Shown here: in pieces, positions 38,230-49,387 of the stretch
Layout of the letters: the number at the start of each line of letters is the position of its first letter
Numbering within the stretch: the stretch's first letter is position 1
NCBI RefSeq assembly: GCF_032444005.1
Contig: NC_091287.1
Coordinates: 275,776,001 to 275,840,000 of the forward strand
DNA: 64,000 bases
Source: Ranitomeya imitator
Taxonomy: Eukaryota
Reading direction: 5' to 3'
Notes under the pieces: model-generated
The model's database searches: none
Seen by the model: only the letters and a program-made list of their open reading frames with translations
What the model was told of the DNA's origin: nothing
Program-made: the position numbers and the translations under genes

Positions 38230-39081
38230 GAGTGGCATATCCAGGGGGGCAGCCGGGGCATGTGCCCCGGGCGCAGCCGACAGGGGGGTGCCAGCGGGCC
38301 ACCTGATGCGGCAGTCCAAGGAGGAGGCTCCCCATCTGCTGCCCCCACACTGAGATTCTTCTGTTCTCTGAGCCAGCTGTCAAATTGACAGCCGGCTCTG
38401 AGAAAGTGCTGCGCATCGGTTCCCAAGGATGTACTAGCGTCTTCAGACGCTAGTACCCTTGATCTATGTCCTGACCGCTGCCACACTTCCGCATCAGTGA
38501 AGCACCAGCAGTGTAATCAGGTCACATGATCACTCTGCTGACGTCACTCGCCGGCTCTTCACAGGCAGCCTTGCGGTTTGTGGTAAGTGCTCCAGCTCCA
38601 GACGGCTGGGTAATGGAGGCTGGAGCTGAAGACACCGAAGGCTTAATGTTGGAAATTTAAGGGGGCTACTAAGTACCTGGCTAGGAAGGGATGGTTGTGG
38701 TCGGCGGGGATGCTATTTGGCAGCAGACATCGCATAAGGTCGCAAGGATAGGGAGGGAGCAGTCCAGGGGAGAAAATTGACTGTGTGAGGACTGAAGCAA
38801 GGCCAGGGGGTTGGATGGGTGCAATGTCTGGATTTCTGCCCCCATAATGTGCTCAGATTTCTTCCTCACCCCTAATGTCCCGATTTATGCCACCATCCCC
38901 CCATAAGTTCCTCAGATTTCTCCACCACATGCAACTGCACCCGGGAAGGGGGGGATGGGGCAGAAATCAGGTCATTATGGGGCACAATAAATCTGAGCAC
39001 ATTATAGGGGACAGAAATCTGAGGTGGGGGCGCCAAACTGATCCTTTGCCCCGGGTGCAGGAAGAGCTAGATACACCTCTG
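38230..39081. mobile_element. hAT MITE, 852 bp
   Basis: 8-bp TSD CTTCTTAA (38222-29, 39082-89); termini GAGTGGCATATCC and reverse complement CAGAGGTGTATCT. Confidence 0.88.
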
Positions 39082-39740
39082 CTTCTTAATTTAGCAATGA
39101 AAAAAGCTCTTGATAGTACCTGAACAGTTACATTTTTACAGCAACAGTGTGAAGAAAATACAATTTCTTCCCTTTGCACCACCTGTGTACAAAACCCAGA
39201 AAGGCAGACATCTGCTGCCAAAAAGCGATAAGTATATTGCAGTATGCTGTTAAATATGTAGATTGCATCTTACCATTTGTTGCCATACATTTTTCCTTAG
39301 CTATGTAGGCCATTTTGATATTAATAAAATTGTGTTTACATTAAAGAGCTCAAAAGGGGTTTAATGCACTCCTAGGAGCTCTCAGATTTTTTCCAGGCAA
39401 GTAGAATTTGCCCGGGAAGCTGAACATAATTATCATCAAACATTGTGCCTCCTTAATGAAATTGTCCTATAGTCTGTGGTCCCTTAATTTAATCATCGCC
39501 GAAAATGGCTTTTGGCGCAGGCGTGGGCGGCACCATCTTAGAGGAGGAATTTTTTTTGCCCTAGCAAGATGGCGCTGCCGGCGCCTGTGTAATAGCAGCT
39601 ACCGGACCACAGCTATATACACCGATAGCTGCTACTGTGAAGGAGCAGCTGGTGCCATTTTCAATTACTTTTGTGATACACTTCAGGAAAAGCTCAACCA
39701 CATATTGTAACTACACAGTAAACATGTGATTATACCTCAG

Positions 39741-40007
39741 CACGGTGGCGCAGAGGTTAGCACTGCAGCCTTGCAGCGCTGGGGTCCTGGGTTCTAATCC
39801 CACCCAGGACAACATCTGCAAAGAGTTTGTATGTATTCTCCGTGTTTGCGTGGGTTTCCCCCGGGCACTCCGGTTTCCTCCCACATTCCAAACACATACT
39901 TATAGGGATTCTAGATTGTGTGCCCCATCGGGGACAGTGATGATAATATGTGCAAAACTGTAAAGCGCTGCGGAATATGTTAGCGCTATATAAAAATAAA
40001 GATTACT
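39741..40007 (+). mobile_element. V-SINE (tRNA-derived head, V domain, L2 tail)
   Basis: A/B-box-like head, GTTTGCGTGGGTTTCC...CTCCGGTTTCCTCCCACATTCCAAA core, L2-type tail; 12-bp TSD ATTATACC(T/G)CAG. Confidence 0.92.
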
Positions 40008-40299
40008 ATTATACCGCAGCGCAGGTGCCACAGTTGGAACCTGCCCGCAGAAAAGTTTTTTTTCTTCACTATGTACTCATTATACATTATGTATTGGGGG
40101 TTGGTCACTGAGGGATCAATGACCTGTTTGCAGTCTGCATTATGAATACCTAATCAGAGCACCACATAAAGAACCTCTATCCAGGCCCGCCCCAGGGCAC
40201 AGGCATATCATTATATAACACAGGAAAATAAATATTACACAACAACCACAAGATGGCTTTCATCAAGCAAGGTATCATTTTAATTGGTGTAATATATGG

Positions 40300-41720
40300 G
40301 TCTATGTATCCAGAAGCACAAACTGGGCACAAAGTACTGGTCACTACAATATACTGGTCACTACAATGGCAATTTGCAATTTTTACTCAGTAAAATCCAG
40401 TGCTGCTTATTTCTTGAAAACATCCAAGGACTAAAAATCAGGGGTATCATTTCCAAAATTGAGTCACTTGAAAGATAATTCTGCTCTTCTATCAGTTAGG
40501 GGCTCTCTATATGGAGTCAGCAGTCTATTCTAAGAAAGCCTTCTCTCCAGGAGGCAAATAATGTTCTGTGCCTCTTGAGTCTCGCTGTGTGGCTAAACAG
40601 TTTTGTTCAGCCACATATGGGACATTTCCACATTCAGCAGAAATTGTGGGATAATTTTTTTAGGTGAAAAATATTTTTTCTTCATTTCCACAGATAAACA
40701 TTATAAAATTCTGAGAAGCACTTGTCGGTTTAAGGTGCTCACAACTAGAGATAAGCAAATTTGTTCTGCTTGCTCCTTTTTCAGCAAGCTATAGCGCTTA
40801 CCAAATAAGCTACAGAGGGAACCTGGATACAAAGAGCGCGCTGGCTGATCAGTTATTCGGCTCGACAGCTGCATGTCTCACGGCTGTGTCACTGTCACAG
40901 CACATGCATGGAGAGCCTATATGCTTTGACTGGGATACAGCCGCGACACATGCCTTAGGGGAGTTGAACAGCTAATCATCCGGCAAGCTCCATGTATCCG
41001 GATTCCCTCTGCAACTTAAGAGCTATACCTTGCCAAGTAAGCAGGGACCTGATCAAATTTGTTCATCTCTACTCACGACACATCTAGATAGATTCCTTTA
41101 CATTTATAGTTTCCAAAACAGAGTCACTTGTGGGGGGTCTATTTTAAAAAATGGTGTCACTTGTGGGGGTTTCCACTGTTTAGGCACATCAATGGCTCTC
41201 CAAATGCGACATTGCATCTGCTAATTATTTCTGCACATTTTGCATTCAAAATGTCAAATGGTGCACCTTCCCTTGCGATCCCTGCGATACACCCAAACAG
41301 TAGTTTTCCCTCACACATCGGTGTACTCAGGAGATAATGCACAACAAAATGTTGGGTTCATTTTCTCCTGTTTCATTGCAAAAATAAAAAAAATTGGGAC
41401 GGAATGAAAATTTTTGTAGGAAAAATGTGATATTTTTTATTTTTATGGCTCTAAGTTATAAACTTCTGCGAATCACCTGGGGGTCCAAGGTGCTCAGTTC
41501 ACATCTAGATAAGTTCCCTGAGGGTCTAGCTTCCAAAATCATGTCACTTGTGGGGTATTTCCATTGTTTATGAACATCAGGGGCTCTCCAAACAGCCGAA
41601 TGGCGCTGCTTCCCTTCAAAGCCCTTCTACTGATTGTGAATAAAGCCATAAATCTAGCAGGCTTATTTAGGTCTGAAATCTTCAACGTTATCTGAGCACA
41701 CAAATCTCCAGAGGTGCCCA
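40300..41720 (-). mobile_element. Internal fragment of a piggyBac-like non-autonomous family
   Basis: Repeated GTCACTTGTGGGGG and CACATCTAGATAAGTTCC blocks match the reverse complement of ~63720-63860. Confidence 0.6.
40746..41071. mobile_element. hAT MITE, 326 bp
   Basis: TIR TAGAGAT(A/G)A(G/A)CAAATTTG; 8-bp TSD CTCACAAC/CTCACGAC. Confidence 0.85.
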
Positions 41721-41943
41721 AACTTTTGCATAGGCTAATTTTTCTTTTTATAACTTGCTTAACTGTTCACAATAATAGAACCCAAACTTTTATATGCCAC
41801 TGTCTCTATCAATCTATCTATCTATCTATCTATCTATTCAACCGATATGGTTCGTGCAATCTTGCCTTGGGCAGGCGTGTACTATGGAGGACAGAGAATG
41901 AACTTCAATCCAATATTGCAGCCAGCTTGCAGCCAGCGTGTAA

Positions 41944-42317
41944 GACTACTTTCACACTAGTGTTTTTTGCAATACGTCGCAATGCGTCGTTTATGGGAAA
42001 AAATGCATCCTGCAAAGTTGTTTGCAGGATGCGTTTTTGCCCCATAGATTAACATTAGCGACGCAATGCGACGCAGTGACACATGTCGCAACCGTCGTGT
42101 TACATGTAACTTTTTTGCTGCCGACGGACCGCTTTTTCCGACCGCGCATGCGCGGCCGGAACTCCGCCCCCACCTCCCTGCATCTTACAATGGGGCAGCG
42201 GATGTGCAGGAAAAATGAATCCGCTGCCTCCGTTGTGACTCCGTTTCACTGCTAGCGTCGAAACCTCGGCCCGACGCACTGCGACGGGCCGAGTCCGACG
42301 CTGGTGTGAAAGTAGCC
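41944..42317. mobile_element. PIF/Harbinger MITE
   Basis: TAA TSD; TIR G(A/G)CTACTTTCACAC. Confidence 0.87.
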
Positions 42318-42459
42318 TAAGGAAAGTGTGAATCAAACACCCGAAAACCCCGCCTTTATAGCTGAAAATTGTTCCCTCCAAATTCAGGTGACAGAGTCCC
42401 TTTAAATACTGCTGTCAATTTGCCAGCTACGATTTTTCTGAATTTTCATGAAGATTCAC

Positions 42460-42555
42460 CTCTGAAATCCAGGAATTTTGGGAATATCTTAACAAATTCA
42501 GTTCTTTCGAAATCATTTAGCTCATCTTTAGTGCTAAGTTTTTTATAATTATTGG
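42460..42555 (-). CDS. Candidate internal exon (96 nt, phase 1-1) of an unidentified host gene: (T)NNYKKLSTKDELNDFERTEFVKIFPKFLDFR
   Basis: Acceptor tatatttccag|, donor AGAG|gtgaat, open frame, TE-free AT-rich context. No homology recognised. Confidence 0.6.
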
Positions 42556-42886
42556 CTGGAAATATATAACACATTATCAAAAATGTAAAATTAAATACAT
42601 TTTTCTTAATATTATTACTAACATGAAACACATTTTTCTTAGTATCTGATAAATATTTAAAACATGAAGAAATTTACTTTTTCACTGATGCCTTGTTAAT
42701 GTGTTAATGAAAAATCTTCATACATAAATTATTTTATTCCTTAGCATAGATTTTTGTAAAATTCTGTGATAATGTGACAGATAGTAGCTGTCTTATATGA
42801 GTTACCGTATTTAATTGTTTTACTAAATAACTATAGTGAAGTGCTTTGAAAATGCTGAAGTTTACAGTTATTGGATAAATACATAC

Positions 42887-42920
42887 TCAGCACTCTGTTA
42901 GTGTCTGTGTTCTGTGCCCA
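42887..42920 (-). CDS. Candidate internal exon (34 nt, phase 0-1): WAQNTDTNRVL(T)
   Basis: Strong acceptor ttttttcttcctttttttctcag| and donor CTGA|gtatgt; splices in frame to the 96-nt exon. Confidence 0.58.
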
Positions 42921-43789
42921 CTGAGAAAAAAAGGAAGAAAAAATGCAGAAGACTATTATCGCCTATGTTTATGCTAATGACTGCAGAAATAAAGGGAGAA
43001 AAAAACATGCTAAACAAAATTGCACTGAATGGTACTATATTCTGAATGTTCCCTACTGTTTTTAAAGTCTTGACTTCAGCTCACCAAGACTAGCTCAGCA
43101 GATGACTGTGTTAACTTTATGTTAAAACATTCCAAGGTTTAATTTGAAAATTCTCTAAAAAAGTCATAACAATTCAGTAAGAAAAAAGTTTAACAGTTTT
43201 ATGTGCATTCATTGCTTCGTTACTGTACACTGTTTCTTTGAAATTTTGAAATGTATTGAAATATGTTTTATAAAATGAAATTGTTTTTTTTTTAAAGTGT
43301 ACTCAGGAAATAAGGAGTTTATCTGGGAAATCTTAAAGGTATCTGCTAAATAAATCCAGAAAACAACTAACTAAACTAATGAAACACTATGGCCTTCGAT
43401 TTATCGTTATTTATTTTTTAAAGTCTTTTCCTTTTTTGTCTTGTGGCATTAGTTGCTGTTTTTGGTGCCAAAACCATCAAAACGGTACACGCAATTCATA
43501 TATTTGGTGGAAAGTAAAAAAAAAGATTTTTTCCTGTCTTAGTTTGTTTTCTTTTATGACTTTTGGCACCAAAAATCACATTTTGACAGCAAAATTAGCA
43601 AAAAACTGTGTTACATGCCCGAAGTACGTAAAAATGCACCAGACTGGAAACTGGAGTGAAGCTCTGCCAATTTTTGATAATTTTTAAAATGTCACAATTG
43701 AATAACCAGATAAAAACATCTGGAATCACTAGACTTTACCCACAAAACAGAAACAAATAAAACAGGAGTGCATATAAGAAACAGACTTA

Positions 43790-44106
43790 GGCTACGTTCA
43801 CATTAGCGTTGCGCGCCGCTGCATCGGCGACGCAACGCACGACGCACAAAAAAACACGCGCAAACGCACGCAAAAACGCTGCGTTTTGCGACGCGTGCGT
43901 CGTTTTTTGACGAAAATCGGACGCACGAAAAATGCAACTTGTTGCATTTTCTTGCATCCGACGCTAGCGTCGGAAACGACGCACGTGTCGGAAAACGCAA
44001 CAAAAAAAACGCACGCGTCCCCCATGTTAAACATAGGGGCGCGTCGCCGCTGCGTCGCCGACACAACAGCGACGCACATTAGCGGAACGCTAATGTGAAC
44101 GTAGCC
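43790..44106. mobile_element. PIF/Harbinger MITE, largely palindromic
   Basis: TTA TSD; TIR GGCTACGTTCACATTAGCGTT. Confidence 0.9.
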
Positions 44107-44429
44107 TTAAAAAGGGGAGATGCCAAAACATAATTAATTGGGTGCAAGCAAAAAAAGGTGCAAAACTATACAAAAAACAGGTGCTAATGAATAGGAGCCT
44201 AAAAGCTTTATGATGCCCAGCTTCAATCTATTTAGACAAACACTTTATGCATAACTTTAGGCACAATTTATCAAAGCTTATACACCAGTATTCTAAGCTA
44301 AAATTTTGGAAAAGTTGCATAATTTTGGTGAAAATCGAGTCTCTACTAAAACTTGGTGAATTTTGGAATAATACGCCATTTTTTTGCTGACATAGACCAC
44401 AAAGTAGCTAAGCTCATACACAAGAACAT

Positions 44430-44817
44430 AAGTTGATACTAGCGCATGGCCGTGCGGTCATGCAAACCTTTTATAGAGAAAGCTCTCCAGGACCTTCCTA
44501 GTGGTCCAATAAGAACTGCTTCAGGACCTGAGCATGTGACCCCCGACCTCCAATGAGAGGTCGTCCCTTGGGCGTGCTCAGTGGAGGAAAAGCAGGACTT
44601 AGTCCCAGGAGTGTCTGCTCGCTGCTGAACAGTGCTGATTACAATGGCTGAGCCTGGAAGATTAGCAGTAAGAAAGCGCGCAGTATCTGACTGAGTCAGA
44701 TGCTGGGACCGACATCTCTGCTGAGCAGGCTCCACTGCGGCTGAAGAAGAATGGGAGACAGCAGTGGAGGTGGATCAAAATTCCCTCTGTGCAGCGGCGG
44801 GAACTCGACACCTAACA
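44430..44817 (-). mobile_element. Truncated family-B LTR
   Basis: Reverse complement starts TGTTAGGTGTCGAGTTCCCGCCGCTGCACAG, matching 28747-29070. Confidence 0.8.
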
Positions 44818-44989
44818 CACCTCACTTTCAAATTGTAACAACTTGTCTATATTATGTGATCGTGAGGTTCTTTCCTTTTTGTTTTTGCTTCTCTAATTGA
44901 CTATTTGTCCTTATTTGGTCCATATTATTTGGTTAGCTACTATCTTGAATTTATTGGAATATTTATATTTTATACTTAACCAATGCTTT

Positions 44990-45550
44990 TCATTAGTTAC
45001 TTCTATATTACAGAAGCCTCATCCACAGGCCCGCTAAATATTTTTCTGTTTTAATGTCATAGAGTAGGGGGCATCTCACTTTCAAATTGTTTGTAGCATC
45101 TAGTCTATGTTATAGACGCCTCATCCACAGGGCCAAAAATATTGTGCTACTAATATCATACAGAAGAGGACATCTCACTTTGAACTAGCATCTAGTCTAT
45201 TTTATAGAGGCCTCATCCACAGACCCCCCAAAAAATTCTTCTGTTACTAACGTCATACAGTAGGAGATGTCTCATTTTCAAATTGTTTGCAGCATCTAGT
45301 CTATGCTATAAGGACATCATCCACAGGCCCTAAAAAAATATTCTATTACTAACGTCATACAGTAGGGGACATCTCACTTTCAAATTATTTGCAGCATTTA
45401 GTCTATTTTATAGAGGCATCATCCACATGGCCAAAAAATATTTATTGTGTTAATAATGTCATACAGTGGAGGACATCTCACTTTCAAATTGTTTGCAGAA
45501 TCTAGTCTATGAGGCCTCATCCACATGCGCAGAACCAATTCTTCTGTTAT
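44990..45550. repeat. Degenerate ~102-bp tandem array (~5.5 copies)
   Basis: The C(C/A)TCATCCAC motif recurs at 45017, 45119, 45211, 45315, 45417, 45515. Confidence 0.82.
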
Positions 45551-46598
45551 TAACTAATGATGAGCACTATTCATTGCTCGCTCGAAAAGTACGCTATTCT
45601 GGCTATGTGTAATTTGGTATTCGCCTCGGTATATTTGAGTGACCTTCTCAACATGTTTGGCACTTTATTTGCAGCCAATGAACATGCGAGTCTGGCTTGC
45701 CAATCACAGTAATACCAGCGCCATCTTTGGTGTAGCATTACTGTAATTGGCTGGCCTTACAGCATCATAGGGGATATGTTGACCAGATTGTAGCTGGAAA
45801 CAGAATAGGGTGAGCATAGTGTGAGCGTACAGAGAGTGATAGGAACATATAGGGAGAGTTAATCATTCCAAATAATTCTATTAAGACCCGAATATCATGA
45901 ACATTAGTTCTTTGGCAAGTCAAACACCTGTTTATTATCAACATTGCAAGTAGATGCTGCAGATCTCTACTATTTTCCATTGTGTTGCATAGTTTTGGAT
46001 TAGGAATAGACTGTGGGATTAGGGGGAAAGAGGAAGGGTTTCATCCACTGCAATAATATGCAAATTAGCTCTTTTTAGAGGCAAATAATATTAGGTTGTA
46101 CCAGACTATACAAAACCATTTTTTTGGAGCTATATAATATTCTTGTGTAGCAACCTATAAAAAATATTTTTACAGATTAATAATATTCCTTGGTGCCAGC
46201 ATATAGTAATATTCATTTTAAAAGCAAAGTACTATTTAATATTCCTCATCTATTTCTTAAATAGCTAATATTCATCTTGCAGTTGTGCGAGTGTCGCAAA
46301 ACCTTTTGAGCTACGGAAACGTCATTATTTACCAGTAATTTACCTGAGTCTGCTGTTGGAATATCTTAAAAAGGTGATCTAAAAATAAAAATAATTTTCT
46401 ATTGTTTTAATAAATAGCATATCTTTATCTCGCAGTTGTGCGACTGGCGCAATCTGAGCAGAGATATACAAACATGACAATTTAGCATTGGCAATAATTT
46501 TCATTAGTCCTCTGTTGCAGTGTGTCAGCAAGGCAATATAAAAAAATTCTATTGGGTTAATTAATAGTGTATTTTTATCAAGCCGTTGTGCCGAGATA

Positions 46599-48223
46599 CA
46601 GTACAGACCAAAGGTTTGGACACACCTCATTTAAAGATTTTTCTGTATTTTCATGACTATGAAAATTGTACTTTCACACTGAAGGCATCAAAACTATGAA
46701 TTAACACATGTGGAATTATATACTTAACCAAAAAAGTGTGAAACAACAGAAAATATGTCTTATATTCTAGGTTCTTCAAAGTAGCCATCTTTTGCTTTGA
46801 TGACTGCTTTGCACACTCTTGGCATTGTCTTGATGAGCTTCAAGAGGTAGTCACCGGGAATGGTCTTCCAACAATCTTGAAGGAGTTCCCAGAGATGCTT
46901 AGCACTTGTTGGCCTTTTTGCCTTCACTCTGCGGTCCAGCTCACCCCAAACGATCTCAAATGGGTTCAGGTCTCGTGACTGTGGAAGCCACGTCATCTGG
47001 CGTAGCACCCCATCACTCTCCTTCTTGGTCAAATAGCCCTTACACAGCCTGGAGGTGTGTTTGGGGTCATTGTCCTGTTGAAAAATAAATGATGGTCCAA
47101 CTAAACGCAAACCAGATGGAATAACATGCCACTGCAAGATGCTGTTGTAGCCATGCTGGTTCAGTATGCCTTCAATTTTGAATAAATCCCCAATAATGTC
47201 ACCAGCAAAGCACCCCCACACCATCACACCTCCTCCTCCATGCTTCACGGTGGGAACCAGGCATGTAGAGTCCATCCATTCACCTTTTCTGCATCGCACA
47301 AAGACACGGTAGTTGGAACCAAAGATCTCAAATTTGGACTCATCAGACCAAAGCACAGATTTCCACTGGTCTAATTTCCATTTCTTGTGTTCTTTAGCCC
47401 AAGCAAGTCTCTCCTGTTTGTTGCTTGTCCTTAGCAGTGGTTTCCAAGCAGTTATTTTACCATGAAAGCCTGCAGCACAAAGACTCCTCTTAACAGTTGT
47501 TGTAGAGATGTGTCTGCTGCTAGAACTCTGTGTGATGTTGACCTGGTCTCTAATCTGAACTACTATTAACCTGTGATTTCTGAGGCTGTTGACTCAGATA
47601 AACTTATCCTCAGAAGCAGAGGTGACTCTTGGTCTTCCTTTCCTGGGGCAGTCGTCATTTGAGCCAGTTTCTTTGTAGCACTTGATAGTTTTTACCACTG
47701 CACTTGGGGGCACTTTCAAAGTTTGCCCAATTTTTCGGACTGACTGACCTTCATTTCGTAAAGTAATGATAGCCACTCATTTTTCTTTACTTAGCTGTTT
47801 TTTTCTTGCCATAATACAAATTCTAACAGTCTATTCAGTAGGACTATCAGCTGTGTATCCACCAGACTTCTGCACAACATAACTGATGGTCCCAACCCCA
47901 TTTATGAGGCAAGAAATCCCAGTTATTAAACCTGACAGGGCACACTTCCGAAGTGAAAACCATTCCCGGTGACTACCTCTTGAAGCTCAAGAGGATGCCA
48001 AGAGTGTGCAAAGCAGTCATCAAAGCAAAAGGTGGCTACTTTGAAGAACTTAGAATATAAGACATAATTTAAGTTGTTTCACAATTCTTTGTTAAGTATA
48101 TAATTCCACGTGTGTGAATTCATAGTTTTGATGCCTTCAGTGTGAATGTCCAATTTTCATAGTCATGAAAATACGGAAACATCTTTAAATGAGAAGGTGT
48201 GTCCAAACTTTCGGTCTGTACTG
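46599..48223 (-). mobile_element. Tc1-family DD38E (Intruder-type) transposon, defective
   Basis: ~265-bp TIRs starting CAGTACAGACC(A/G)AA(G/A)GTTTGGACACACC; TA on the left flank; ORF pieces 47594-47776 (GRPR) and 46760-47356 ([15 protein letters not shown]-...-DLNPFE). Confidence 0.92.
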
Positions 48224-48469
48224 AACGCAAATGTCGCGCAAATCTAGGCAGAGATAAACAAACATCACAATTTAGCAGTGGCAATAATTTTCATTAGTCT
48301 GCTTTTTCAGTGTCAGCAAAGCGATATAAACATAAAAAATCATTTTCTATTTGTTTAATATATCTAGCAGCTGTGCAACTGGCGCAAAGCCTGCTAAGAT
48401 ATGTAAAAGTAGCTATGTGCATCTAATTTTCATGAGCCTGCTGTTGCCGTGTGTAATAAAGCTGATATC

Positions 48470-49234
48470 TAGTGTTGAGCAATACCGTCCGATACTTGAA
48501 AGTATCGGTATCGGATAGTATCGGCCGATACCCGAAAAATATCGGATATCGCCGATACCGATATCCGATACCAATACAAGTCAATGGGACATCAAGTATC
48601 GGAAGGTATTCTCATGGTTCCCAGGGTCTGAAGGAGAGGAAACTCTCCTTCAGGTCCTGGGATCCATAGGGATGTGTAAAATAAAGAATTAAAATAAAAA
48701 ATATTGATATGCTCACCTCTCCGGCGGCCCCTGGACATCACGCTGCAAACCGGGAGGCTTCTTTGTTTAAAATGCGCGCCTTTAGGACCTGCGAATGACG
48801 TCCCGGCTTCTGATTGGTCGCGTGCCGCCCATGTGACCGGCACGCGACCAATCAGAAGCCGCGACGTCATTCGCAGGTCCTTAATTCCTAGAATTAGGAG
48901 TTTTTGTGAATGAGAATGACGTCGCGGCTTCTGATTGGTCGCGTGCCGGTCACATGGGCGGCACGCGACCAATCAGAAGCCGGGACTTCATTCGCAGGTC
49001 CTAAAGGCGCGCGTTTTAAACAAAGAAGCCTCCCGGTTAGCAGCGTGATGTCCAGGGGCCGCCGGAGAGGTGAGCATATCAATATTTTTTATTTTAATTC
49101 TTTATTTTACACATCCCTATTGATCCGATACCGATACCCGATATCACAAAAGTATCGGATCTCGGTATCGGAATTCCGATACCGCAAGTATCGGCCAATA
49201 CCCGATACTTGCGGTATCGGAATGCTCAACACTA
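48470..49234. mobile_element. hAT MITE with a long nested internal palindrome
   Basis: TIR TAGTGTTGAGCA; perfect 8-bp TSD CTGATATC (48462-69, 49235-42). Confidence 0.93.
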
Positions 49235-49387
49235 CTGATATCTTAAAAAATTTGTCACACTTTGCTAGATACAGTGAATTTGTATATAACACCTCTGTGA
49301 GCATCCTTGTGAAAAATGAAGCAAGTAATTTTCTTCATAAGCATAACGCATTCAATAATTGAAAGGTTAAAGTTAAAGGAGGTGGAC

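Noticed and set aside
39142-39231. Plus-strand candidate terminal exon QQCEENTISSLCTTCVQNPERQTSAAKKR*
   Set aside because: Mirror frame of the minus-strand candidate; no supporting plus-strand exon chain was found.
39741-39815. tRNA gene (also 52655-52730)
   Set aside because: tRNA-derived SINE head fused to the V domain and L2 tail; not a tRNA gene.
43082-43102. Possible 21-nt micro-exon SSAELVL upstream of the 34-nt exon
   Set aside because: Good donor (TTG|gtgagc) but weak acceptor; too short to support without RNA data.
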